Below, in pieces: positions 8,859 to 20,392 of a stretch of 64,000 nucleotides of DNA. Position 1 is the first letter of the stretch. Each line of letters opens with the position of its first letter. This stretch comes from an uncultured Collinsella sp. (GTDB lineage Bacteria; Actinomycetota; Coriobacteriia; Coriobacteriales; Coriobacteriaceae). Below the pieces are notes generated by a model. It saw nothing but the letters and a program-made list of their open reading frames with translations, searched no databases and had not been told where the DNA came from. Location of the stretch: contig CAMQHT010000002.1 in the NCBI GenBank assembly GCA_947001705.1, positions 25,702 through 89,701 of the forward strand, given 5' to 3'. The position numbers were made by a program, and so were the translations under genes.

Positions 8859-10319
8859 ATGAGCGAGTACGATTCCCAGCGTCCCCAGGATGCGGGCAAC
8901 GCCGGCGAGACCCAGCAGCAGCCGCGCGTGCAGGTGGAGTCGACGCCTGCCGACGGCAACATTCCCTACGTGCAGGCCTACGATACGCAGACCGGCAAGC
9001 CGCTGGGCGGCCAGCAGGTTGTAAACAAGCACACGGTGGTCAAGACCAAGACCAAAAAGCTGCCGATCTTCATTACGGCGCTTGCCGGCTGTGCCTGCGG
9101 CGCCCTGCTGGTCATTGCACTCATTATGAGCGGCACGCTCGATATCGGCGGTGGCAAGAATGCCGTGACGGCGGGTGCTTCGGGTTCATCGACGCAAAAG
9201 ATCACCATCGATTCCGAGGACACTACGCTGGCCGAGGCCGTTTCTGCCAAGGCCCTGCCCTCCGTCGTTTCCATCACCGCCACGTCGAGCGGCAGCCAGA
9301 ATGGCTCGCTTTCGCAGTCTGCCGACGAGTCGGACAACTCGGGCAGCGTCGGTTCGGGCGTGGTGCTCGATACCGAGGGCCATATCCTCACCAACAACCA
9401 CGTGGTCGATGGCTATGACCAGTACGTGGTGACCATGGACGACGGCACCACCTACGAGGCCGAGTTCGTGGGCAACGACGCTTCGAGCGACCTGGCCGTC
9501 ATCAAGCTCAAGGACGCCGACGCCTCCAAGCTCACGCCGATTGAGATCGGTGATTCCTCCAAGCTCAACGTGGGCGAGTGGGTCATGGCGATCGGCTCGC
9601 CCTTCGGCAACGAACAGTCTGTCTCCACCGGTATCGTCTCGGCGCTGTATCGCTCCACGGCCATGAGCTCTACCGGCGGCAACACCATCTATGCCAACAT
9701 GATCCAGACCGATGCCGCCATCAATCCGGGCAACTCCGGCGGCGCGCTCGTTAACGACAACGGCGAGCTCGTGGGTATCAACTCGCTCATCGAGAGCTAT
9801 TCGGGCTCCAGCTCGGGCGTGGGCTTTGCCATTCCGGTTAACTACGCCAAGAACATTGCCGACCAGATTATCGACGGTAAGACGCCGGTGCATCCGTACA
9901 TGGGCGCCACGCTTTCGAGCGTCAACGCGCTCAACGCCCGTACCAACAAGCTGAGCACCGATAGCGGCGCGTATGTGGCGAGCGTCGTCGAGGACGGTCC
10001 TGCTGCCAAGGCCGGTATCCAAGAGGGCGATGTCATTACCAAGCTGGGCGACGACGAGATTACGAGCGCCGATGGCCTGATCATCGCACTACGCAGCCAC
10101 GAGGTGGGCGAGAAGGTCGAAATCACGCTCATGCGCGGCAAGGAAGAGAAGAAGGTCACCGTCGAGCTGGGCTCCGACGAGGAACTGCAGAACCAGCAGC
10201 AGAACGACAGTGCAACCGACACTGGCAACGGCGGTATTACCGATGAGCAGCTGCGCCAGTACCTGGAGGAGCTGCTCGGCCAGCAGGGCCAGGGCCAGGG
10301 CTACGGCCAGGGTTTCTAA
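8859..10319 (+). CDS. htrA: HtrA/DegP-like serine protease with a TM anchor and PDZ domain
   Basis: GSGVVL, ILTNNHVV, DLAVIK, IQTDAAINPGNSGG, PDZ GIQEGDVI. Confidence 0.95.
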   Translation: MSEYDSQRPQDAGNAGETQQQPRVQVESTPADGNIPYVQAYDTQTGKPLGGQQVVNKHTVVKTKTKKLPIFITALAGCACGALLVIALIMSGTLDIGGGKNAVTAGASGSSTQKITIDSEDTTLAEAVSAKALPSVVSITATSSGSQNGSLSQSADESDNSGSVGSGVVLDTEGHILTNNHVVDGYDQYVVTMDDGTTYEAEFVGNDASSDLAVIKLKDADASKLTPIEIGDSSKLNVGEWVMAIGSPFGNEQSVSTGIVSALYRSTAMSSTGGNTIYANMIQTDAAINPGNSGGALVNDNGELVGINSLIESYSGSSSGVGFAIPVNYAKNIADQIIDGKTPVHPYMGATLSSVNALNARTNKLSTDSGAYVASVVEDGPAAKAGIQEGDVITKLGDDEITSADGLIIALRSHEVGEKVEITLMRGKEEKKVTVELGSDEELQNQQQNDSATDTGNGGITDEQLRQYLEELLGQQGQGQGYGQGF

Positions 10320-10347
10320 CGAGCTGTATCGCACATATCGAAGCCAG

Positions 10348-10385
10348 AGGGGCTGTTCCGCCAACGCGGGACAGCCCCTCTTTTC
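10348..10385 (+). terminator. Terminator after htrA
   Basis: agaggggctgt...acagcccctct followed by ttt. Confidence 0.75.
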
Positions 10386-10447
10386 GCGATGATCCCTTGG
10401 AGACGGAGGAAAACGGATCATTTAGAAACGGCAAGGGCATGGTTTGA

Positions 10448-12796
<2,349 letters not shown>

Positions 12797-12815
12797 GGCA
12801 TCGATAGCCAAATTG

Positions 12816-12855
12816 AAGAACCGCCCGGAAGCACGATGCCTTCCGGGCGGTTCTT
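12816..12855. terminator. Bidirectional terminator between convergent ligA and the MerR regulator
   Basis: aagaaccgcccggaag...cttccgggcggttctt. Confidence 0.75.
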
Positions 12856-13702
12856 ACTTTGCTGGGGCAACCGGCACCGTGATCTGCGTTACGTAGGTTG
12901 CCGGGTCGTCGCTGATGATGTCATCGATAAGGGCGATCTCGCGCGAAGGCCCGGTGGGCGCCAGGTTGTGCTCGCGCATATAGCCGAGCAGCTGCTTATA
13001 GCGCGGGGCTGCTTGCCCGTGCGTGCCGCGGAAGCTTATGGTCAGGCAGCGCGCGGCAGGTCGCGTCTCAACGTCGCCCAAGTAATCATCGGTGTCATCG
13101 AGCAGCAGGAAGACCTCGTCGTAGCCATCAAAGTCGCCGGCGGCGAGGCGTTCGGGCGCGATGCCCACACCCAGATTGCCCAGATAGGCAAAGGTTTCGT
13201 GCTGCCCCTGCTGAAGCTGGCGGATATGCCATCCCAGCGAATAGGCGTCGGTGGGATTGACGCGCTCGTGCAGCGTGGCGCAGCGAAGTTCGGGTTCCTC
13301 GATTTCGCTAATGGTGTCGAGATCAGCATTCAAAGCGCCATGAAGCAAGGCAAGCCGCTGGTCAATCTTGCGCGACATGCGCTCCAACTCACGCCGCCTG
13401 TGCTCAATTAACTCCTGTTGCTTGGTCAGTTGCCGTTGTATCAAATCCATATCGCGCGTAGTGACAAACTCGCGAATCTGCGCCAGCGGCAAGTCGAGAA
13501 CGCGCAGGTTGCCGATGGTGTTGAGGGTGGAGAGCTGCCGCGATCCGTAGTAGCGGTACCCACTTGCCGGATCGACATATGCCGGCTCCAACAGCCCCAT
13601 CTGCTCGTAATGACGCAGTGTGCCCACGCTTAAATTGAGCAGGCGCGCCACCTCGCCAATGCGGAGCAGGCCCTCGGTGTGTTCACTTGGCATGTCGGTC
13701 AC
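12854..13702 (-). CDS. MerR family regulator with a GyrI-like effector domain (BmrR type)
   Basis: LRIGEVARLLNLSVGTLRHYEQMGLL.P..VDPASGYRYY; C-terminal GyrI-like domain. Confidence 0.92.
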   Translation of the reverse strand: MTDMPSEHTEGLLRIGEVARLLNLSVGTLRHYEQMGLLEPAYVDPASGYRYYGSRQLSTLNTIGNLRVLDLPLAQIREFVTTRDMDLIQRQLTKQQELIEHRRRELERMSRKIDQRLALLHGALNADLDTISEIEEPELRCATLHERVNPTDAYSLGWHIRQLQQGQHETFAYLGNLGVGIAPERLAAGDFDGYDEVFLLLDDTDDYLGDVETRPAARCLTISFRGTHGQAAPRYKQLLGYMREHNLAPTGPSREIALIDDIISDDPATYVTQITVPVAPAK

Positions 13703-13757
13703 AGGACCGCTCCTTTCGGTAAAAACAGGGGAGAGGCGCTAGGCCTGCGTCGCCCCG

Positions 13758-15104
13758 CTACGCCACCAGCTTGTCAAAAGCCCCGCGCCGGTTGAGCACG
13801 GTAAATGCAATCACGCAGATGCCCGCCGACAGAATCGACCCGCACGGCGAGGCGATGCCCATGGGGAACAGCGTGTCGGAATAGGCGTTCGACAGCAGCC
13901 ATGCGCCGGGCACGCGAATGAGCACCACGGCCAGCACGTTGTGCGCAAAGCCAATGTAGCTCTTGCCATACGCAGCGAAAAAGCCGCTAAAGCAAATGTG
14001 GATGCCGGCAAAGATCGCGTCGAAAATATAGCTGCGCATATAGCCGGTACCGGCGGCGACTACTGCAGCGTCCTTGGCAAAAAAGCCGATAAACGCCGGC
14101 GCCACCAGCCACATCAGCACCGTGATCAGGCAGCCGTACACCACCGAGATGGTCATGGCGTCCTTGAGTACCTGACGCGCGCGATCGCCCTTGCCCGCGC
14201 CGGCATTTTGCGCCGTGAGCGCGCTGACGGTAGCGCCCATGGAACTCGGCACAATGAACAAAAAGCTGATCATCTTTTCGACCAGGCCCACGGCGGCGGC
14301 GTCGACCAGACCGCGGTGGTTGGCGATGACGGTGATAAACATAAACGCCACCTGGATGCAGCCGTCCTGCACGGCCACGGGTACGCCGATCTTAAGAATG
14401 CTGCCGAGCACCTCGGGCTGGGGGCGCAGGTCGCTGCGCTTAACATGGATGTTTGTGCGACGGCTCTTGAGCCACACGAGCGCGAGGGCAACGCTGGCTG
14501 TCTGCGCGGTCACCGTGCCGAGCGCCGCGCCCACGGGGCCGAGCCCCATGTGGCCGATAAACAGAAAGTCGAGCGCGATGTTGATGATGCACGCCACGCC
14601 GATCACGTACATGGGCGAGCGCGAATCGCCCAGCCCGCGAAAGATGGCCGAGAGGATGTTGTACGCGGCGATAAAGGGAATGCCGATAAAGCAAATGCGC
14701 AGGTAGGCGGCGGTGCCTTCGACCGCCTCGGCCGGCGTGCCAATGAGCGCCACGATCTGCGGGCACAGTGCGAGCAAGGCAGCGGCCAGTACCACCGAGA
14801 CACCCATAAACAGCGTGATGGTATTGCCGATGGCGGTCTCGGCACGATCGAAGCGGCGCGAGCCCACGGCGTGGCCGACGATGACCGTCGTTCCCATGGC
14901 CAGACCCACGAGCGTCACGGTAATGATATAGAGCGTCTGCGCGCCGTTGCCCACAGCGGTGATGCCGGCAGCGCCGCTAAACTGCCCCATCATGTACAGA
15001 TCGGCCATGCCGTAGAGCATCTGCAAAAAGTAGGAGAGCATATAGGGCAGGGCAAAGACCGCGATGGTCTTGAGGACATTGCCGCGTGTGAGGTCGTGTT
15101 CCAT
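13758..15104 (-). CDS. MATE family efflux transporter
   Basis: DLTRGNVLKTIAVFALP, NIALDFLFIG.MGLGPVGAALGT; about 12 TM segments. Confidence 0.93.
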   Translation of the reverse strand: MEHDLTRGNVLKTIAVFALPYMLSYFLQMLYGMADLYMMGQFSGAAGITAVGNGAQTLYIITVTLVGLAMGTTVIVGHAVGSRRFDRAETAIGNTITLFMGVSVVLAAALLALCPQIVALIGTPAEAVEGTAAYLRICFIGIPFIAAYNILSAIFRGLGDSRSPMYVIGVACIINIALDFLFIGHMGLGPVGAALGTVTAQTASVALALVWLKSRRTNIHVKRSDLRPQPEVLGSILKIGVPVAVQDGCIQVAFMFITVIANHRGLVDAAAVGLVEKMISFLFIVPSSMGATVSALTAQNAGAGKGDRARQVLKDAMTISVVYGCLITVLMWLVAPAFIGFFAKDAAVVAAGTGYMRSYIFDAIFAGIHICFSGFFAAYGKSYIGFAHNVLAVVLIRVPGAWLLSNAYSDTLFPMGIASPCGSILSAGICVIAFTVLNRRGAFDKLVA

Positions 15105-15146
15105 GGGCGGGGCACTTTCTGGCTTGGGTCGTTTACGTACCAGTGT

Positions 15147-15177
15147 AGTGAAAACCCTACAACGATTGTAGAGTCAA
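15147..15177 (-). promoter_or_regulatory. MerR-type promoter/operator for MATE-merR
   Basis: TTGACT, then a 19-bp spacer holding the dyad ctacaatcgttgtag, then a weak -10 (TTCACT). Confidence 0.65.
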
Positions 15178-15277
15178 GGTTTGTGTCGGCAGTGGGGCGA
15201 AAAAGTCACGCTCGCGTTCATTTCTAATTGAATACGGACGTGCGCCCTGTGAGCATGGCGCCTGCACTAGCCTTGCA

Positions 15278-15324
15278 GAAATCGATTTCGGAACACTTGA
15301 CACCGCCGCACGGCGCGCCATAAT
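15278..15324 (+). promoter_or_regulatory. Sigma70-type promoter of the ABC pair with an upstream palindrome
   Basis: gaaatcgatttc (15278-15289), TTGACA (15297-15302), CATAAT (15319-15324). Confidence 0.6.
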
Positions 15325-15365
15325 ACGTGGGTTTGCGAACAACGTTTGATGGGGGATGAACCTGT

Positions 15366-17195
15366 GTGCGCAATCTCAAGATTTTGTTTTCCTATCTGGG
15401 GGCATACCGCCGCGATGCCATGCTCGGCGTGCTCTTTGTGACTGCCGAGACGGCGCTCGAGCTGTTTATCCCGGTCATCATGGCAAATATCATCGATGTG
15501 GGCGTGCCCGCGGGCGACATCAACTACATGCTGTTGCAGGGCACGTATATGCTGGTGTGTGCCGCATGTTCGCTGGTGCTTGGCTTGGGCTATGCGCGCA
15601 CGTCCGCCCGCGTTGCCTCGGGGCTGGGCGCTAACCTGCGCGAGGCCGAGTATCGTAAGATCCAGACGCTCGCTTTTGGCAATCTGGACAACTACGACGC
15701 CAGCTCGCTGGTCACTCGCATGACCACCGACATCACCGTGATTCAAAACGCCGTAGGTAACGGCTTCCGCCCCATGGTGCGCGGGCCGGTAAATCTGGTC
15801 ATGGGCCTCGTCTACGCTTTTGCGCTCTCGCGCGAGCTCGCGGCGGTCTTTGCCGTCATTCTGCCGATGCTCGCCATCGTGCTCGGTATCATTACCGTGC
15901 GCGTGAGCCCGCTCTACCGCCAACTCCAGACCTCGATGGACCACCTTAACGGCGTGGTGCAAGAGGACCTTACCGCCGTGCGCGCCGTGAAGGCTTACGT
16001 GCGCGCCGAGCACGAGTGCGACAAGTTCGACACCGTCAATACCGAGCTCGCCGGCACGGCGACCAAGACCTTCGGCACCGCTGTGCTCAACCTGCCGGTG
16101 TTCCAACTCTCGATGTACGTGGCTGCGCTCTCGATTCTGTGGATTGGCGGCCGCATGATCATCGAAGGTCGCTTGGGCGTGGGCTCGCTCACGGGCTTTA
16201 TGAGTTATGTGCTGTTGATCATGAACTCGCTCATGATGATTTCCAACGTGTTTTTGCTGCTCACGCGCGCTCTCACGAGTGTGGGCCGTATCGCAGAGGT
16301 GCTCGATGAGGAGCCCTTTATCGCCAACCCTGCGGGAGACCTCGCGACTGCGGCGCCAGCGGACGGCAGTATCGAGTTTCGCGACGTTTCCTTTAAATAC
16401 CGCGCGGACGCAGCCGAGGATGTGCTCGAGCATATTGACCTTCGCATCGAGAGCGGCTCGACGGTGGGCATCCTCGGCGGCACGGGCTCGGGCAAGAGCT
16501 CGCTTGTGCAGCTGATTGCGCGCCTGTACGACGCCACCGAGGGCGCCGTGCTTGTGGGCGGACACGACGTGCGCGACTACGACCTCGCGACCCTACGCGA
16601 CGCCGTGGGCATTGTGCTGCAAAAGAATGTGCTGTTCACGGGCACCGTGCGTGAGAACCTGCAGTGGGGCAATCCGCAGGCGTCGGACGATGAGCTCCTC
16701 GCGGCTTGCCGCGCGGCGTGCGTGGACGAGTTCCTTGATCGCATCGGTGGGCTGGACGGCGAGTTGGGCCAAGGCGGCGCCGGCGTTTCGGGTGGCCAGA
16801 AGCAACGCCTGTGCATCGCGCGCACGCTGCTCAAGCATCCGCGCGTGCTCATTTTTGATGACTCCACCAGCGCGGTCGATATGGCGACCGACGCTAAGAT
16901 TCGCGAGCACATCGCTCGGATTCCCGATACGACCGTGCTCATCATCGCCCAGCGCATCGCGAGCGTCATGGATGCCGATCGCATTGTGGTGTTGGACGAC
17001 GGTCGTGTCCACGGCGTGGGTACGCACGAGGAACTGCTGGCGGGCGACAACATCTACCAGGAGATTTACGCCTCGCAGATGGAGTTTGCGGGGAACGCGG
17101 ACGCCGCCGGAGGCAGTGACGATGGCTGCGCGAATGATCCGTTTTCCTCCGTCCCCAGCGGATCGACTTTGGAAGGGGGTGAGCGCCATGCCTAA
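15366..17195 (+). CDS. Heterodimeric ABC exporter subunit (TMD+NBD, degenerate-site type)
   Basis: GGTGSGKS, VSGGQKQR, IFDDSTSAVD (Glu replaced by Asp), IAQR. Confidence 0.93.
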   Translation: MRNLKILFSYLGAYRRDAMLGVLFVTAETALELFIPVIMANIIDVGVPAGDINYMLLQGTYMLVCAACSLVLGLGYARTSARVASGLGANLREAEYRKIQTLAFGNLDNYDASSLVTRMTTDITVIQNAVGNGFRPMVRGPVNLVMGLVYAFALSRELAAVFAVILPMLAIVLGIITVRVSPLYRQLQTSMDHLNGVVQEDLTAVRAVKAYVRAEHECDKFDTVNTELAGTATKTFGTAVLNLPVFQLSMYVAALSILWIGGRMIIEGRLGVGSLTGFMSYVLLIMNSLMMISNVFLLLTRALTSVGRIAEVLDEEPFIANPAGDLATAAPADGSIEFRDVSFKYRADAAEDVLEHIDLRIESGSTVGILGGTGSGKSSLVQLIARLYDATEGAVLVGGHDVRDYDLATLRDAVGIVLQKNVLFTGTVRENLQWGNPQASDDELLAACRAACVDEFLDRIGGLDGELGQGGAGVSGGQKQRLCIARTLLKHPRVLIFDDSTSAVDMATDAKIREHIARIPDTTVLIIAQRIASVMDADRIVVLDDGRVHGVGTHEELLAGDNIYQEIYASQMEFAGNADAAGGSDDGCANDPFSSVPSGSTLEGGERHA

Positions 17196-19086
17196 GACCG
17201 CAGCCCAAGCACGCCCGGCCGACCTCAAGCGCACTGTGCTCCGCCTGCTCTCCTACATGGGGCATGCCAAGTTCTCGTTGCTCGCGGTGGGCGTGCTCGC
17301 CTCCGTCGCCGCCATCGCGAGCCTCGCCGGCACCTACATGGTGCGCCCCATCGTTAACGGTTTGGCCACGGGCGGGGAGGAACTGCTTGCCAAGCAGGTC
17401 ATCCTGACGGCGATCATCTACGCCGCGGGCGTGCTCTCGGCCCTGGGCTACTCACAAATCATGGTGCGCGCGGCCCAACGCGTGGTGTCCGATATTCGCC
17501 GCGACCTGTTCGCGCACATCCAGACGCTGCCGCTCAGCTATTTTGACGGCACACGCTCGGGCGACATCATGAGCTTTTTCACCAACGACGTCGACACCGT
17601 CTCCGAGGCGCTCAACAACAGCTTTGCCAACGTGATTCAGGCCGCCATTCAGGTTGTGGGCACCACGGCCATGCTCATCATCCTCAACTGGCAGCTCACG
17701 ATTATCACGCTCGTGTGCGATGCGGCCATTGTGCTGTATGCGCGCTACTCGGGCGCGCGCTCTAAGCGCTTCTTTGCCGCCCAGCAGGCATCGCTTGGCG
17801 ACTTGGACGGATATATCGAAGAGATGGTCTCGGGCCAAAAGGTCATCAAGGTCTTTAACCGCGAGGCAGCGAATGTTGCCGGCTTCGCCTGCCGCAACGA
17901 CGAGCTTCGCCGTACCGGCACCGCCGCCGTGAGCTATGCCAACTCCATGGTGCCCATGACCGTCGTGATTGGCTACGTCAACTATGCCATCGTCGCCGTG
18001 GCGGGCGGCATGCTCTGCATCAAGGGACTCGCCGACGTGGGCGCGCTTGCAAGTTACCTGGTCTTTGTACGCCAGGCGGCCATGCCCATCAACCAGTTTA
18101 CGCAGCTGGGCAACTTTTTGCTCAACGCGCTGGCCGGTGCCGAGCGCCTGTTTGCCGCCATGGACCTTAAGCCCGAGGTGGACGAGGGCTACGTGGAGCT
18201 GGTGCAGACGGGCGACGCCGCGTGGGCGTGGAAAATTCCCGAGGGCCAGGGCGTGGGCGCGTACGGGCACTTGCATGACGTGGCAGCCGTTGATGAGTCG
18301 GGCCGCGCGGTGGCTGCCGACGGTACCGAGCTCACGTGCGGCTTGGTTCCGCTTGCCGGCGACGTGCGTTTCCATGCCGTGGACTTTTCCTACGTGCCGG
18401 GCACCCGCGTGCTCACGGACCTCAACCTGTTTGCCAAGCCGGGGCAAAAGATCGCGTTTGTGGGCTCGACGGGCGCCGGAAAGACGACCATCACCAACCT
18501 CATCAACCGCTTCTACGAGGTCGATGACGGCGAGATCACGTACGACGGCATCGACGTCAAGCACATTGCCAAGGCCAGCCTGCGCGGGTCGCTCGGCATT
18601 GTGCTGCAGGATACGCACCTGTTTAGCGGCACCATTGCGCAGAACATCCGCTTTGGCAAGCTCGACGCGACCGACGAGGAGGTGCGCGCCGCTGCCGAGG
18701 CGGCCTGCGCCGACTCGTTTATTCGCCGCCTGCCTAGAGGCTACGACACGCCGGTCACGGCCGACGGCGCCAACCTGTCGCAGGGCCAGCGCCAGCTGCT
18801 CGCCATCGCGCGCGTGGCCGTCGCTGACCCGCCGGTGCTCATCCTGGACGAGGCCACTTCGAGCATCGACACGCGCACCGAAAAGCTCATCGAGCGCGGT
18901 ATGGACCGCATCATGCGCGGACGCACCACGTTTATGATCGCGCACCGCCTGTCCACCGTCCGCGACGCCGATGCCATCATGGTCCTCGAACACGGCCGCA
19001 TCATCGAGCGCGGCGCGCACGAAGAACTGCTCGCCCAGCACGGCGAGTACTGGCAGCTGGCGCATGGCTTAAAAGAGTTGGATTAA
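17188..19086 (+). CDS. Heterodimeric ABC exporter subunit (TMD+NBD, consensus-site type)
   Basis: GSTGAGKTT, LSQGQRQLL, ILDEATSSID, IAHRLST; ATG at 17188 overlaps the upstream stop. Confidence 0.93.
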   Translation: MPKTAAQARPADLKRTVLRLLSYMGHAKFSLLAVGVLASVAAIASLAGTYMVRPIVNGLATGGEELLAKQVILTAIIYAAGVLSALGYSQIMVRAAQRVVSDIRRDLFAHIQTLPLSYFDGTRSGDIMSFFTNDVDTVSEALNNSFANVIQAAIQVVGTTAMLIILNWQLTIITLVCDAAIVLYARYSGARSKRFFAAQQASLGDLDGYIEEMVSGQKVIKVFNREAANVAGFACRNDELRRTGTAAVSYANSMVPMTVVIGYVNYAIVAVAGGMLCIKGLADVGALASYLVFVRQAAMPINQFTQLGNFLLNALAGAERLFAAMDLKPEVDEGYVELVQTGDAAWAWKIPEGQGVGAYGHLHDVAAVDESGRAVAADGTELTCGLVPLAGDVRFHAVDFSYVPGTRVLTDLNLFAKPGQKIAFVGSTGAGKTTITNLINRFYEVDDGEITYDGIDVKHIAKASLRGSLGIVLQDTHLFSGTIAQNIRFGKLDATDEEVRAAAEAACADSFIRRLPRGYDTPVTADGANLSQGQRQLLAIARVAVADPPVLILDEATSSIDTRTEKLIERGMDRIMRGRTTFMIAHRLSTVRDADAIMVLEHGRIIERGAHEELLAQHGEYWQLAHGLKELD

Positions 19087-19135
19087 CCCGTTCGAGCACG
19101 ATGCTTTGGTCCCTCCGTGCCTCTCACCTCGCCTC

Positions 19136-19200
19136 AAACCATCACAACATTCGACGTTTTTTTCCAAAAACGGGAAAAGCATCGAATGTTGTGATGGTTT
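19136..19200. repeat. 65-bp palindromic element, class B
   Basis: aaaccatcacaacattcga-N27-tcgaatgttgtgatggttt; copies at 23246 and 33385. Confidence 0.88.
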
Positions 19201-19332
19201 GTATGCTGAGGATGGGCTTGGAAAGTCCGTTTTGCTCGAAGCGACCTGTCCTGTCGTACGGGTGTCGGCATGATTCTCCCGTGGGGTATTATGTTTTCCG
19301 AAGAATAAAACGCCGCGTGAGGGGAGGGCTGC

Positions 19333-20388
19333 GTGGACGGGCACGTGCAACATGACGGCTTTGGTCGCGATATCAATTACCTGCGCATTGCCGTTACCGA
19401 CAAGTGCAATTTCCGCTGCATTTACTGCATGCCGGCCGATGGCGTGGCACCCCGCGCGCACGACGAGCTGCTCAGTGCCGAGGAAATCGCCCGCTTTGTG
19501 CGCTTGGTGGCGGGGGAGGGCATTCGCCGCGTACGCCTGACGGGCGGCGAGCCGCTGGTCAGCCGCCGTATCATTCCGCTCATTCGCGACATCCGCGCGA
19601 TTCCGCAGATCGAGGACATCTCGCTTACCACCAATGGCGCCCTGCTGCCCAAGCTGGCACCGCAGCTCAAAGATGCCGGCCTTAACCGCGTCAACATCTC
19701 GCTCGACACGCTCGACCCTACGCTGTTTGGAAAGATTACGCGCCTGGGTCGGCTCGAGCAGACCATGGCTGGCATCGACGCGGCGCTGGCCTGGGGCTTT
19801 GAGCCCGTTAAGGTCAACTGCGTTGTGGTGCGCCGGCTCAACCAAGATGTGGCGGCCCTCGCGCGGCTCACGCTCGACCGTCCCATCCACCTGCGCTTTA
19901 TCGAATACATGCCCATCGGCGACGAGCGCACGAGCTCGCATTGCGCCGTGGACCCTCACGCACCCACGCTCAACCCCGAGTTGTGGGATGCGAGCGACAG
20001 CGTGCCGAGCGACGAGCTGCGGGCGCGCGTCAATGTCGGGGCCGCCGCGATGGGTCTGGGCGAGCTCGAACCGCTTGACATCACCGACGCTCCTGCCGGC
20101 GCGGGCCCCGCGCGCTATTGGCGCTTTCCGGGCGCGGCGGGAACGGTCGGCTTCATCAGCGCCATGTCCAACCATTTTTGTGCGAGCTGCAACCGCCTGC
20201 GCCTGACGGCCGATGGCAACGTGCGTCCGTGCCTGTTCAGCGATGCCGAGTATTCGGTGCGCGAGGCGTTGCGCCGTGGTGATGATATGCAGGTACTTTC
20301 GATTTGGCGCGATGCCGTGGCCCACAAACCGCAGGAACACGCGATAATTGAGGGCACGCAACGATTTATGTCCCAAATCGGAGGATGA
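19333..20388 (+). CDS. moaA: GTP 3',8-cyclase (molybdenum cofactor biosynthesis)
   Basis: CNFRCIYC radical SAM motif, LTGGEP, FCASCNRLRLTADG..RPCL, terminal MSQIGG. Confidence 0.96.
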   Translation: MDGHVQHDGFGRDINYLRIAVTDKCNFRCIYCMPADGVAPRAHDELLSAEEIARFVRLVAGEGIRRVRLTGGEPLVSRRIIPLIRDIRAIPQIEDISLTTNGALLPKLAPQLKDAGLNRVNISLDTLDPTLFGKITRLGRLEQTMAGIDAALAWGFEPVKVNCVVVRRLNQDVAALARLTLDRPIHLRFIEYMPIGDERTSSHCAVDPHAPTLNPELWDASDSVPSDELRARVNVGAAAMGLGELEPLDITDAPAGAGPARYWRFPGAAGTVGFISAMSNHFCASCNRLRLTADGNVRPCLFSDAEYSVREALRRGDDMQVLSIWRDAVAHKPQEHAIIEGTQRFMSQIGG

Positions 20389-20392
20389 TCAT

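Noticed and set aside
19200-19332. Moco riboswitch upstream of moaA
   Set aside because: Could not match the conserved Moco RNA motif; most structure nearby is the class B repeat
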